In this document: positions 39,401 through 54,200 of the stretch, piece after piece
How the letters are laid out: every line of letters begins with the position of its first letter
Position numbering within the stretch: the first letter of the stretch is position 1
Assembly (NCBI RefSeq): GCF_964355755.1
Contig: NC_092675.1
Location: forward strand, 29,670,912 to 29,734,911
Length of the DNA: 64,000 bases
Reading direction: 5' to 3'
From: Antedon mediterranea
Lineage: Eukaryota > Animalia > Echinodermata
The notes under the pieces: model-generated
The model's database searches: none
The model's input: the letters and a program-made list of their open reading frames with translations, nothing else
What the model was told of the DNA's origin: nothing
Program-made: the position numbers and the translations under genes

Positions 39401-40147
39401 AGCTCTGTTTGTGCTGACCATGTAAGGGTTTATTGTAAACTAAAACAAGTGATATGACAAGTATCAGAGTATCAAAGGGGATATAGCTCAGTGGTAGAGC
39501 ATTCGACTGCAGATCGAGAGGTCCCTGGTTCAAATCCGGGTGTCCCCTCCAATTTTTTTTTTTATTCTTTCTTTTGCTGAGAAATAAATATTTTGACAGG
39601 TTTTTTTAAAATTTTAATATTAACAGATTTTCTATAAAGCAGAACTTTGCAAATGGATACATGTCCATTGTTTGTGTTGCTAACCACATATGGTTGCTAT
39701 TGTTATTTAAAACTAAAATAAGTGATATGGCCTTATTTAACCGTTTATTAGTATCAAAGGGGATATAGCTCAGTGGTAGAGCATTCGACTGCAGATCGAG
39801 AGGTCCCTGGTTCAAATCCGGGTGTCCCCTCCAATTTTTTAAAGACTTTATTATTTATAGAATATCAGTATTGTATTTCAGTGTATTTTTATATGACTGT
39901 TTGGATGTATTTCTAGGGTTTCAAAATATTCTTATGGTAACAATTTAAATTGTTATAATTTTCGTTTTTACTTGCCGCAAGTGTTTTTAACTTCATTGAA
40001 TTTAATCATGGATATTTTTGTATTTTTGTCACAATGCACTTATTATTTTTAAGCACTGATAAACATTACTAATTTTGTTTGTTTTTTTTAGTTGTGCTGG
40101 CAATGAGGAATGCCCTGAAGAAAATCAAGTCCAATGATGAACTTTAA
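33444..40147 (+). CDS. TXNDC12: Thioredoxin domain-containing protein 12 (ERp18/ERp19), ~161 aa, 6 exons
   Basis: Exons 33444-33531, 34188-34248, 34958-35010, 36342-36415, 36606-36759, 40092-40147. Signal peptide; [11 protein letters not shown]; [21 protein letters not shown]; [24 protein letters not shown]; YKYYY; C-terminal ER-retrieval motif NDEL. Confidence 0.95.
34316..34664. repeat. 24-bp G-rich minisatellite x~14 in TXNDC12 intron 2
   Basis: ggtgaggagtggtgaggtgtagtg near-perfect tandem; produces spurious ORFs in all three minus frames. Confidence 0.95.
34692..34817. mobile_element. Harbinger-like MITE family A
   Basis: Family left TIR and core; degraded right end. Confidence 0.75.
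35317..36255. mobile_element. Harbinger-like non-autonomous element with AAT TSD
   Basis: aat|gggcccgtttctgctgccaa...ttggcagcagaaacggggcc|aat, with many atataccgtat subterminal repeats in both orientations. Confidence 0.8.
36791..36929. mobile_element. Harbinger-like MITE family A, TTA TSD
   Basis: tta|agctccgtctacactat...atagtgtagacagagct|tta. Confidence 0.85.
37084..37367. mobile_element. Tc1/mariner(pogo)-like MITE with internal tandem repeats
   Basis: ta|cagtagaacct...aggttctactc|ta; internal tgtcccc(t)taagaggcg repeats x~7. Confidence 0.7.
38210..38281 (+). tRNA. tRNA-Cys(GCA)
   Basis: 72-nt cloverleaf with GGGGATA...TGTCCCC acceptor stem, anticodon loop CT-GCA-GA, A and B boxes, U discriminator and downstream T-run. 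Confidence 0.97.
39209..39335 (+). pseudogene. tRNA-Cys pseudogene disrupted by a 34-bp hairpin insertion in the D-arm
   Basis: ggggatatagctcagtggtaaa[insert 39231-39264]gtggtagagcattcgtctgcaga...ggttcaaatc; 3' half degraded. Confidence 0.8.
39477..39548 (+). tRNA. tRNA-Cys(GCA)
   Basis: Intact 72-nt cloverleaf with GCA anticodon, followed by a long T-run. Confidence 0.97.
39759..39830 (+). tRNA. tRNA-Cys(GCA)
   Basis: Identical to 39477-39548, including flanks agtatcaaa / ccaattttttt. Confidence 0.97.
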
Positions 40148-42185
40148 AATATCAGATATCACTATTATTTCTTTTTTTTTTTTGTGTTTGATTTGAAGTT
40201 TATAATTTATATTGATAATTGTGTTATTTTTATTATTGATCTAAAGTTATCTTGTTTTCCCCATCAAGCCCTATTTTTATCATTAGATTTATTTGTACTG
40301 AAGCTATTTAAATGTTCAATTATTTGATTATTTATCTGAAGATTTGTATGTAACAGTAAAGTTTTAAATTATTTATTTTTCAGAACTGTAAGTACTGACT
40401 CAAATATAAGCCCATATTCCACAATGATTATTCACAGTATAAGCACATTAAGAGTATAAAGGCCAATTTACACAGACGAACGGTAACGGTAATAACAAAT
40501 ATATATTTATGTTATTCCTTATGATATTACACACAACACAGAGCAAACGGTTTCCGTTTAGGAAATTTACATATTCTATGATGTTTTCCGCTTACCGGTA
40601 CCACTCGAGCGTGCTTGTCTGTACATCGGTCGCAAGTCCAACCTGGAGTATAACATCTTTCAAATTTATATCCATTTGCAAACTGCTCCATGTATTACCT
40701 CAAACCATTAAATGTTGGTTTCCTTATACAAACTTCATCCCAAAAAAACAATTAAAACCCCAAATCATGTTCATTGTGTGTTAGGCTTATATCAGAGTCC
40801 AGTATCTATATTATAATTTGTTTGATTTTATTGGTGAAGGGCTGATTATTTTGCAACGTAGTATTAAAAACGCTTCTCTATTTAGTTTTATTAATATTCT
40901 GATGTGACGGAAAATATTAATAAAATGTAATGTGTCTGGATGAAAAGTAGCTTTGCATCACAGAACCAAGTTGGTCAGATGTTGTCCAAGTTGGTCAGAT
41001 GTTTGCCTCACGTAAATTGTATTATATACGGAAGTATTCTCAATATATAAAGTACAATTTGGAATTTATCTATTAATAACTTTTGTATGTAAAAAAATGT
41101 TTAAAATTCACATCAAAATATCTATATTTTAATAGTGAAATAATCTATAGCATCATGCTGAGCAATAATACTTTAGTTAATGTTTAAGTTCATATTGGTG
41201 ATGGTTTTTGTAAAGAGCAATAATATATATTACAAGTCCCTTTTCTGAGACAAGCACACAGTTTTTTATGATATAGTTGTTTATTTTTTTCTATTGCAAC
41301 AATACTTAATAATTAATTAGTATATCATTTAGTACCGACATACTTTAAATTATTTTTTTTTTATGGTGATGGGATAAATAAACAGCAATAATTTCATGGT
41401 GGTCCTTTATCTGTGACAAGCAACTTTTAAATATTGTTTTTTTAGTTGTCAAATAATCTAACAACATTGCAGGCCTAATTTAATAGCGTATTTCCCCACA
41501 TATTTCGGTACTTAAAATATTTGATTTGGTCCGTTATCGTTCTGAGACATATTTGTAAAGTTTATTTTATAACGTTAGGCCTATCTATATTTATATAGTT
41601 GTACAAATCTGGAGTATGTAAAAATAAAATCATGGAATTGTTTATAAATTTGAACAAAACTTAGATTATGAAGCCTTGTGATATCATGGTGATATATATT
41701 TTATTTGTATTTATTTCATTCAGTAGAGCAATAAAAAATTAATTAAAGTTTCAGTATGGTAATCGCTTTATTTGCGACCTTATTATCCTGTCTGCATCTG
41801 AATTATTTTGTACATACGTGTTATTATCTCGTGTGTACGACTTATTATATCATACGTATGACTCCTGTTGTCCTATATGTGTGTACATAATAGGTTGTAT
41901 GTATTGTATAAGATAGTGGCTGTGTAACCACAATGGGTGTAACCCTTTGATGGTGGCTACATTTTTTCTTCTTTAAATATTATTAGCAGCAGAATATTTG
42001 ATTAAATTTGCTTTCCGCAATAAATGAATAAAGTAAAATATTTTATTTTTTGATCATTCAGTGAAAGGGAGGTGATGAAATGTAACAAATGAAAACTATA
42101 CTGGCAGTAGTAACCTACTTTACACCACACAAAAACGTCAAACTTTTACATAAATAGCGCCATCTATAGTTTAACTATAAAAACC

Positions 42186-42193
42186 CCGCGAAA
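42186..42193 (-). promoter_or_regulatory. E2F-like site upstream of ORC1
   Basis: TTTCGCGG on the minus strand 70 bp upstream of the ATG; ORC1 is an established E2F target in animals. Confidence 0.5.
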
Positions 42194-42262
42194 TTCTGTA
42201 ACACAACTTCAATGTCCCTTTAAATTTGTTTCGGTAGGTAGGCCTAAAGTAAACTTTGTATA

Positions 42263-45200
42263 ATGAAGTATTTTGAAGTTAATAGGCAGTTTAAGTGGCT
42301 TGGAGACGGTGTCAAACAAAAGAGATGTTTACACTACAAGTGAGTATTACCAATAATAACATGAAAAATGAATATATCTTACCAACAATTACTACGATAC
42401 GACACCTCTTCTCTTCCGTGAACGAGCCTAACTAGGCCTAGTAGCCCAGCCTTACTACTATAACTAGGCCTAGCTGAGGCCTAACTAGCCTCTCTAGTTA
42501 GGCCTCATCAGAGGTAGAGTTCGACAGTTATGCCTAGGGTAGAAGGCGAAGTATACTAATAGTCGTGAATTGCTGGTATTATATAATGGAACTCACTACT
42601 TAATTTAATTTAAACCCTATACTAATCCCAATGAATATTGATTTAATAATATAATATATATAATAATATATTATTATAAATTGTTCAAAAGTTTTTAACC
42701 GGCTGGATGCTTTAAGGCCTAGTCTAGTTAAAAATTTAATACTAGGCTAACTAAAGCTACGACAGTAGTAGGGCATATGGTTTTGTTATGCGCAATTTCG
42801 TTTTGCAAAATTTGAAAATGCTCAAGGATTTCTTTGCGCAATTTGAATCAAATACTCAATTAAAATTGCTGAGGAAATTTCAAACTGCACAAAGTATTTT
42901 TCAGAATTATTTGAAAAAACCAAAACTTAATAATGCAAGTAATAATAATTATTTATTAATAACTTTAACATGCTAAATGTTATAAATGTTAAATCTCGTA
43001 GTTTTAGCCTCTAAAATTAAAAGGCATATTGTGATTTTCAGAGCATTTCAACTTGGTAATGGTAAAGCGGCAAAGACATTTACTGTAGGTGACACAGTCC
43101 TTATTGATACGGAGGAATCAGCTGACAATTATGTTGCAACAATACTCAATTTATTTGACAAAGGTATTTATTATTACAATTATTAGGCTACAAACGTGGA
43201 GTAAAGAATAATTCTTTACTCCATGCTACAAGTACAAATAAGTAAAAGTTAGGGCAAAAGGAAAAGTACTTGAGCATACAGGAACAATTTTATTGCATTT
43301 ATGATTTAATTGTTTTCTTGAAAGAAAGTTTAAAATGTAGTATACTTTAAAGATATATTTTCCCCCTAAAAAATAATTAATTAATTAATATGCCATTTTA
43401 ATCTCACATAGAAGTTATTCATTGGGTTGGAAAAAAAAATTATTTTTTCTGAAAAAATGTAATTTAAAGCAAAAAATACCTAAATTGTCTTTCAGGTTCT
43501 TTTGTCTTTTTATAAGTAAAATAATTCTTTTTGTGGATTTTTTTCTACAGAACTGAATAACTTGATTAAAACTGCAAAATGGCCTATTCAAAATGGCCTA
43601 TTTAAAATGGCCTATTCAAAATGGCCTATTCAAAATGGCCTATTCAAAATGACCTATTCAAAATGGCCTATTCAAAATGGCCTATTCAAAATGGCCTATT
43701 CAAAATGGCCTATTCAAAATCTGATTTTATTAATCTTTAATTTTCATTTTTTGGGGGAACAATACATTTTTTTAATGATTCCTTTCTTGTTTCAAAGACA
43801 TAAAATATATCTTTTTGGCTTTTAATGTGTCTTTCTCACACAACATTTTACTTTGGATAATACCTTATATACCTGTATTCATTTCCAAATTGTGTCAATA
43901 AATAAACTGGAATGTATGTTCAATTGAAATGTTGCTACTCATTTTGTTAAATAGGAACTGAGTGTGGTGATCCATTTCAAGCCACTGTCCAGTGGTACAT
44001 GAGATGGTCAGAGTTATCAGCTGGCGCTAAAAAGCGTTACAATACAAAGCCTCATAAGAACGAGATCTTTGACTATCGGCCTGAGACGTCTACCGGCAGT
44101 ACTGATACGATTGACGCAGAAACAATCATTGAAAAATGTAAAGTAAGTAATAACCAACAAATCTTAAGATAAAGTGCTGCTCTGGGTCTAGATGAAATAA
44201 TGTTATGTGGTTGCCAAGCATAGCACAACTGTATGATGTCATTATCATTATCATTATCATTATCCCAATACATTGAAAGCTCTTTCTACACTATCAAACT
44301 TTATGTGACAACAAAATGTAATGTGCCCATATATGGACATGATGATGTCATATCACTACCATATTTGGGAATATCACTACCATATTTGGGCATATCACAC
44401 TAGTTTGATAGTGTAGTGCTTTGACACAGCTGTAGGCCTGTGAAAACTCTAAATGTTGCGAAGTCCAGATGTGCATTAACAACTAGATAGTTCTCATCAG
44501 CACTTCTAAAAAATTTCAGTAAACTTTCATCACCAAAATCTCAAGGTGAACAATCGTGGCAGCTCAGGTTTAGGTACCATAGTCCTAAGTTTACAATTTT
44601 ACATTACCGAATGTTGTGCTTTGTGATTCACTGACACAGCTGACAAAATAAAAGTTTTAACCCTTACAATTTTACCAACCTTTATCATTTCAGGTGATTG
44701 AGTTGCAAGTGGATAAAGCATTCCCATCAGCTCCTCAAAACTGCCTGAAGGAATTCTATGTGAAATATCAATATAACGGGTTAAAGTTCACACCCTTGTT
44801 GGAACCACCTAAAAACTTTGATTTCTCTACACCTGCTCGGAAAGCAAATACATTAAAAACTCCAAAATCTGTGAGAATGAACGGAAGGTTAACAGAAAAA
44901 AAGAAACCATTGAGTCCTGTAAAAGAAGAAACAAAGAAGAAAGCAAACATGAGGCTGTTAGAAGCGTTCAAGTCACCTGGTAATGTTTTATATTTATATG
45001 TAGCTTTAATATGAGTATACATCATTAATGGTTTAAGCAGTGGAGTTTGATTAACTAGATCCTTGGGTTCAAATCCAGTCAGAGTTAAAATAACTACACC
45101 CCACTAACAAAGAGTAATTTGCAAAATCTGTTTGTGACAAATAAATTAAGCTCTCAAAAACTGAGCAAATTAGAGAGGGCAATTTTTTGATAAAAATATA

Positions 45201-48200
45201 TCTCAAGATTTTGATATATTTCTGACGTCACCAATATATAAGTATATACCTATAAATGACCAAAATTCAGGATGACAACTTAAAAACGCTATTGTGAAAA
45301 AATCAAAGAAACAAAGCAAAAACTATACTTAGCAAAATTGTATTTTTCCAAGTAGTAACTACTACAATTGTTTGAATTTTGTTTTAAAATGATTTTGCTT
45401 TACTATCTGTTTGGTGATTGACCAATGTGTACTGATTTTAGATAGTTGCATTGTGTGCTTACCAAAACCATCTCTTTATAAACTTTTGTTGATTTCTTTA
45501 TAAACTTAGGTAAGAAAATAGCAGAGAAAGAGGCCATTGAGTGTCTACTAGAGGATTTAGATTTTGATAGTGATGATAGTGACAGTGATTTAGAACTTAA
45601 AAAATATACAATGCAAGGAAACAGAGCTGTACTCGTATCTAAAAATGACGAGGTTTGTGGAGTGTCTGAACTGATCACTATAAACCATGATGAGGCGACT
45701 GGTAAACGTAAGAAGTCTTACCATCAACTGAAAACATCAAAGCGAAGGAAAATAGACGTTGAATACGAAAATAAATGCCTTACTGTTAAAAAACCTGTGA
45801 AAACTCCAAATGTTGCACAGTCCAAACGCGCAGTGACAACTAGTAAAAAAGCTGCATTAGCAAAACGTTCACGCAGAGAGAGGGTAACATCATCAAAAGT
45901 TGAACTGTTTCTCCAAGAAGAAGATAGTAGCAAAGTTAAAAACAAAAGTAAATTAACAAGAAGAAAAAAATATACCTCTGAAGGGAGCAGTGAAGAAAGC
46001 AGTGATGATGATGATGTGTTTGTTGCGAAAAAGAGCAGAAGGAAATCAACAGTCACTCCGCGGAATGCAAAGAAAAAGAAAGTAGCAACCCCAGGCATGG
46101 TGTCAAGAGAAAGACCAGTGCAAGTTGCAAAGACTGTCTTAGAACAAGCTAGAGCAAGGTATTTTGAAATGTTGGCAATCTGCCAGATCATTTACATAGT
46201 ATCATCATTTAACATATAACATTTATAGCAGTCATATTGTATGTGTCTATCGATCCTTTCTTTTGTGTATTTTTACAATACAATAATAGTTCTGCTTTTT
46301 AATAATAATTTACATGTTTATACATTTGTTTAAGCAAATGAATTTATCTTTTAAGAGATCAATACATTTTTAATGATTCCATGGATTTGCATACTTTTTA
46401 TTTATTAAACAAGTAAATACCACAAATATTTATATAAAATTAATGATATTAACTCAGAATTGTGTTATTTCAGGTTACATGTGTCAGCCGTACCAGACAC
46501 GTTACCATGTAGAGAGGCTGAGTTTATGGACGTCTACTCATTTGTAGAAGGAAAACTCTTAGATGGAACTGGAGGGTAAACAAATATTGACTATATACAG
46601 AAAGATGTATAGTACATGCTACATTTCATTTGTACATAGAGAGCTGCTAAAAAATTTAAATAAATAAAAGTAATGTTAAAAAAGGGGTTAATGTCCTTAA
46701 AACCCATGAGATTCTAGAGCTTTCACCCCATGGTCCCGGTAACCTTTGACACAGCGCTCCACTCTATATCTGGCTATTTTCTATATTCATGTACTGGTAC
46801 TGCAAATTAGTAATTGTTTGTTTCTTTATTGTAGATGCATGTACATATCAGGAGTTCCAGGGACGGGTAAGACGGCAACGGTGCATGAGGTAATTCGCTG
46901 TCTTAATCAGGAGGTAGAGCAGGGCCAGGTACCTGCATTTCATTGTATTGAAATCAACGGAATGCGTATGACGGATCCCCACCAAGCCCCTGTACAAATA
47001 TTAAAGGTAAGTTAGCAACTTCATGTCAAAAAGCGATGAACTAGTATCTGTATTTTGTGGTTTCAATGGAAGGCGCACACCTACTAGTCACAAATGCCGG
47101 GAATTAACAAAGCAGTAACACTTTATGTGACAAAAAAAATGTGATGTGCCTATATATGGACATGATTATGTCATATTACTAACCATATTTAAGCATATCA
47201 CTACCATATTTGTGCACATCACACTTTTTTTGTCAAACTAGTTTGATGTGTAGAAAGCTTAAAGTGCCAGCGTTGGCTGTTTTGAATACATGCTGTTGGC
47301 TACAGGCTTTTTGGTGGTGGGGTACGTCTCCTTCCAGATATTAAGGTTGCAATTATTACATTATATTCAGTCTTCAAAAAATTTTAATCGATAATCTATT
47401 ATTGTATTTTATATTTTAACCAAGTGTCGAAATCAATACGAGCTCTTTCTAAAACCTATTTTAATATAAAATGCCTTCTTTTTCTAGGCTTTGACTGGTC
47501 AAAAAGCAACGCCAGAACACGCCTCGTCATTACTTGAGAAACGGTTCAGTAATGCCTCAAAGAAACGAGAACCTGTCGTACTGATTGTGGATGAGGTAAG
47601 TGGAGATATAGCATTTGGTTACAGACACACATACCAGAACATTCACTGATTTAAACAGTGTGGGTAGCTTTGCTTGTTTTTTAAATACTTTGCTATTCAC
47701 ATTTATATGTAGAAAAAAAAAATATTTGAAAAACAAGATGTCTACTATCAGAATGGAGCTTCAATATTTGTTGTATGTTTGAATACAAAATTATGTAAAA
47801 AAATATCATTATTATAATGCATTATGATAATAATCTTGATATTAATCTTTACTCTAGGAAGCAAATTATTGTAATTGGCATCACCAAACTCGGCTTTCCA
47901 ATTAAATTAATCATGTGACCAAATCAGAATATTTTTAATTCATTAGTTTTCTTCTAGCAAGTTGCTGCAGAGAGACTGTATAATAAGCCGATTGTAATTT
48001 TAAGCACTTAAATAATTAGACACATGACCTAATAAGAAAGTTTGATCTACTGAAGAAACCTATCTTTCAATACTTACTTAATACTGGTGGCAATGCCATA
48101 TGGCTCTTGAGTAATTAAACGCCGTCAGTTTGTGTTAATGTTTTCACTACTCACTACTACAAAGGACATTCAATGATGCCTGTCATAAGATAACAGTTGA

Positions 48201-51200
48201 AAGCACCAATTAGACACAAACAAGAATATTTAGTTACAATTAGTTTTCTTTTATTACTAGCTACACAGTGTGAGCAACAGACATACAGACAGACAGACAG
48301 TATATCTACGTAATTAACTAATTTCAACTTTCATTACTACACTGGAGTACATTGTACATTTTTTATACTACATGAGTGCATCACCATAATCAGAATACAC
48401 TAACATTATTATTCCAAGAACTATTTGATTTCCAATTATCTTGATTACAGTTAGACCTGTTATGGACAAGGCGTCAGAATGTGCTATACAACATATTTGA
48501 TTGGCCGACCCGTCGTCATGCAAAGTTGGTTGTCATAGCAATTGCTAACACAATGGATCTTCCTGAACGTATTATGATGAACCGCGTTGCTAGTCGTCTG
48601 GTAATTATTTTAATTATGCATTAACGTATCTTGTTCATTATACTTTATGTAATTATGTTGGCTTACATACTAACCAGTTATCTATTCCTGTTTCCCGAGA
48701 TGTAATCTTCCAGTGTCAAAATCTATTCACACAATAAACGAAAGAAAACCCTTTTATCCTTCATTGTCATTGCCTTTTATCCTGTTTTGATATTGAATAA
48801 TTTCCTGTATTGGTTAAAGGTTTGCATCATGGCAAATAAATATTAGTGAAGGCAGGTTTTCACAATGGAATTTTGATTATGACGCTATGACGGTTGTAGC
48901 GTCACCAGCTGACGGTCTAGCATCACCAGCTGACGGTCTAGCATCACCAGCTGACGGTCTAGCATCACCAGCTGACGGTCTAGCATCACCAGCTGACGGT
49001 TGTAGCACCGCCAGCTGACGGTTGTAGCATCACCAGCTGACGGTTGTAGCGCCAGACGTTTGAAATTGAAACTTTCTCAACCATACTTTAATTCTTTTTG
49101 GAATCACATGGTGTACCACAAACCAGGACTTATAACCTAATTTCCTCATTTCAATATTCAACCTGTTTCATTTTTACTTTTACTTATCGTAGGGTTTGAC
49201 ACGTATGACCTTTCAACCCTACACATTTAAACAACTTCATAGTATAGTGATGTCAAGAATGAAGAATTTAAAAGCTTTCGATGAAGATGCAATTCAATTA
49301 GCAGCCAGAAAGGTACTTAACCAAGAGCTCTTCAATTTATAACCCCATTATTTCATGGATTGTTATATAATAATTTATTATAGATGCGAAGCAAGCGAGT
49401 TGACCAATGACAAGCGACAGTTTGAATAATCAAACGCTTGTGGTTTGTCAAATCATGGAGTAACCATGGTCAAATAACTTACTATATGCATAATTAAAAC
49501 AATCGGTATAAAAAATACAGATTATACAATATTTACAAACTATTACTAATATATATTTAATTTATTCTGCAATGAACTATTCCATGGCATCTCTCATAAT
49601 GATGAGTTAAGCTTGCTTTCCACTAGGACGCAACGCGAGCACGTATACGCAAAGACTGTGGGAACAATCCATCACAGTGTTACGTTGTTGAGTCGGTTGC
49701 GTCTCTAGTGGGAAGCTTAAATAGTATTTATCATTTTGAAGACTATCACCAAACAGATAAGTATCCTAGTATTATAATTTATACTGCATTTATCTGTAAT
49801 AGGTTGCTGCTTTGTCTGGTGATGCAAGAAGGGCGTTAGACATATGCAGACGAGCAACCGAAATAGCAGAGTTCTCACAGGAATCGGGCAAAAAAGCCCC
49901 GTTGGTCGGCATGACTCACATAGAGACCGCCCTCGGTGAAATGTTTTCTTCTCCAAAGATGGTGGCTATCAGGTAACTACTACTAATAAAAATATTCGTT
50001 CTTTATTATTACCCCGTTTTTTTGTTATTTTTTGGATCAAACATGTATGTAAACATACTCCCATAATGCAGCTAGTAATCAGCGCAAAGTTGTTACAGTC
50101 CTTTTAAATGCGTACAAGATATTAATTAATTTATGATAATTTATGTAATGAGCATTTCATGTTTTTTACAGACAAGCATCTGAACAGGAAAAGATTTTAC
50201 TAAGAGCTGTTGTGAACGAGTTCCGAGCTAGCGGACTTGAAGAATCGGTTTTCCATAGAGTGAGTTTGTTTAACAAAATACAATATTATAGCTATATTTA
50301 TTGTCGTTCTCCCTGGGGTACTGTATGTATTGTTAAAAAGGTTTGAAAAGGTTTTTATCTGAAAAAAGGTTTTGGATTTCCACTTTTGGGATTGTAAAAT
50401 TCTATTTACCATTTTCGTCAAATGTTTATGTACTTTTTGTGTATGCTATAGATGTAAAGGTGTAATTATAAATAAATTAAAGACCCCTTCCCTGCAATTT
50501 TGGACGTTTTTTGGAAAATAATACATATATATCACTTTAAAAACATTAAACCATGTCATTCCTTGTCTTAAATGTACGTTTTATGGTAAATTATGATAAA
50601 AAGTGAGAAACAATGCACTACCTAAGTAGCTCGCGGCGATCGACCTCTCGTGGACGGTCTTAGGACTAGCCTAGCTAGGCTTAGTTTTGTAGGCCTAGCT
50701 GGTAAACATCGGTAACGTACGAACATCGTACGCTACCTATATACCTAGCCTGACGTTGTATAGTTGCTGCATTAATTGTCTTTCTATTTTTGCCAGACTC
50801 CGTTGATACAAATTGGGGAAAACCCGGTATTTTCGCTGAAAAGTTAGGAGTCTTTAGACCAGTCGGATCTGGAGGCAGGTGTCACTTTTCTGCAGAATTT
50901 TCCAAACCAACTTTTTCTAGTGCATTTTTTGACGTAGATTACGAATCTGGTTGTTGATCGGACTAACGTGGGGGCTTTTTAAAGATATAAACGTTTAAAA
51001 TCTTGATTTTTGAGAGCCGAAATTAATCAAAATAAAACAAATTTAGACAATAGAGGGCGCACTTTCTACATAATTATGAGTAAATTGGATTAAAAAAGAC
51101 TTCGTTGCTGTTAATTTTATTCACGTAAATGTGAAAATAATTTATAAATCTGATCGGTTTTATATGCTGCAATTGTTTTAGTAATACACTGTGTAGTATA

Positions 51201-54200
51201 AAGTTAGTTAGAACTTTTCATTTTCGCGTTTTCAGTGATCAAAAATGATATTGTCTAGGCCCGAATATGAATGCTTCCAGCGTACGACGTATGTAAACAA
51301 AGGACGTTTAAACCGCGATGACCGCATATAAAGTTCGCTCAAGTGAATAGTGGGTAGGCTTTTACTAGCCTAGCGTATTGTGACCGTATGCATGAAACAT
51401 CTTTCTCTAGCTTATCTTGCATGCAGCGCTAGCTTTACATAAACATGTGTACTACTGTTTTTAAATTTTTTCCCCCGATTTTTAGGTGGTGTAAGGGCCT
51501 AGAACTTATATTATTATTACTGACAGGCTTCTAGAGTAGGCTACTACTACTAGGCCTAGTACTGGTGTAGTAACTAGCTGGCATAATAATAGCGTAGGTG
51601 TAGATGTATTATGGTGTCGTGTGTGTAGTCTTACAGCTAAAACATTTATTTTTGTATACATAAATCTAATAAATGCTGTGTACTACTACCCGTATATTCA
51701 GCTGATTATAACAATACATCCAGCAACCCTATCAACCAACGATTTCTCACAGGTGACATCATTGTTCAGGTGGAAACATTGTGAAAATACTACAACGATA
51801 TTGAATGTATTATTTATTACGAAAGCTGCATCTAGCATGAACATAATATTTCCTCTCTGACTGAGATCATGTTTTAAACAATAAAAGAAAATAAGGTTGC
51901 CCTAAAGAACTAGCTGTAGAAGATCACATAAAACAATGTTTCTCTGTCCCTGAACCAACATAATTCCAATAAACATGGCTATATCATACCAAATGTATTC
52001 TACAAAATAAACAGCCAGCATCATATAATAATTATGGTTTAAAATGTCAAAGACCAACTGATAAATGTGGAATTTGCGTGTATGGTGGTTTGATTCCATA
52101 ATAATAATACTGTATTTTGATGATGAACTATTGCATTTTCTATGTATATGTACAGGCGCGTAGCCAGAGGGGTTTTTATGGTTCGGGCGAACCCCCATTC
52201 CCGACATGCCCAATACCTCACCCTCATCTCTGAAAATCCTCCAAATACGTGCCCCACACAGTACAAAAGGTTAATTTGAAAAATTCGTTCGTGAATGGAA
52301 TAACTCGATACCTTCTTCACTGTATGAGCGTATGTCGAGCGATACGTGTCTGTAAATTTACGAGTTGCAAATGGATTGCCGATTTTCACCTGAAATCCCT
52401 GGATGTAACATGATATTGATGCGTGTATCGTACTCATAAAGTGAGCTGGGGCACGAACGGTTCGTACAAAGGACACCGCCAGACAATAGCGTACGTACCT
52501 ATATTGTTTAGATCACGGCAGTCAGCATGCATAAAGTATACCGTAAATCTTCTAATTGTAACACTGGGTTATTATATTATTCTTTGATTGTTTTTTAGGG
52601 TGGGTTACTACTAGAAGGGGATTACTATTAGAGTAGTGGGTTACTATTACTTGAAAATAGTAACCCACCCCAACTATTCCGGTCAGCAGCTCATAGCAAA
52701 ATAATAAACAGTACGGATAAACACATTTGTTTGAACAGAACTAACTAACTAACTAACTTATAAACTCAAAAACACTCAATCCTTCCCCACACCCGAGATC
52801 AACATGCATTATCTCCTTATTACTATTAGAGTAGTGGGTTGTTATTATTATAGATTGACTATTGACTGGGTTACACTATCTATTAAAAAGAGGGTTACTA
52901 TTATTAGAGTGTGGGTTACTATTAGAAGATTGATTAATATTTAATTTCTTCAAATTGCTGTAAATAAATATAGGTAGAGCTATAATAAGCATTGAATTTG
53001 CCTTCTCACACAAAGTGCTTTTTTGGGGGATTCCCCTAGACGTACGTACGTTCACATTGACCTTGAACGCAAGTGAATGATCAAAAAAGGTACGAATACG
53101 ATCGTTTTGCTCATTGGTAGCATGCTGCATGAGAGTGTCTTTTCCGACTAATTAGAGGTGCTATTTATCATGAATGTTATGTGCGAGAGTATACCATTTC
53201 CGGCCATCTAGAGGTGTCATTTAACCAAATTTGCTTCGCCCCTCCAGATTTAGGATGGCTTTTAGGTAAGGGTGGAATTAAACGACATTAAACTCATTAC
53301 AAACGTATCAGATTAACATAATTCGTTTTTGCTGTAGCATACGTCGATACACAGTACATAACGTAACCGTCAGTAAACTTCGCCTGGAAAGTAATACTAC
53401 GACACATTTTGGTCCCTGGATGGAATATGATATCACGCGTTTGGACACAACGTTGAACGATTCGTACAAAGGGATACCGCCAGACAAGTGCGTACCTATT
53501 GTTTAATAGTTGGATAGCTGGCAATAATGAATGCATAATAGCCCTCCGACGTACTCGCGGTCAATGGAACGTCGCGGTTTTCTAGGCGCTGAGGCTACGA
53601 AGTGAACGCCAACGATTTTTACAGTATTCCCCGACTCGACAAAAAGTACCTGTGTTCCCAGATATGGGATAGGCTCCCCGACGAGGGGATAGAGCCCATG
53701 CGGATACACAGTTGATGATCTTAACCTGGATGTTTTACTATTTTCATGAGATTTAAAACATATTTTTTCTTAGAATATGCCAATTGCGCATTCTTTTGAC
53801 ATCATACTTTACTAACTTATGACGTCATAGGTACGTTATATGGTAATTTAAATATTAATTGGAAAGTTTAATACCACATTTATATAGCGGCTATTCTGAA
53901 TTTATGCTAATTAACCTTTTTGATGTCTGACCGTATCATGTTCATTTCAACAGGAAAATGTTAGAAAATTGTTTTCCTGCGGTTTCTACATTTTTTTTAG
54001 CATAGGATAATGTCATTTAAGCAGTTATAACTTAATATATGACGTCACAACTACCTTATGACGTCATAGTTACGTCATATGGTAATTTAAATATGCTAGT
54101 TTGAAAGTTTAATGTCACATTTATATTTACTCGTAATGCACTTAGGTGGTCTAAAACCAACCGTTGAGGAGATATGGGAACTTCAAATGGTAAATGGCGG

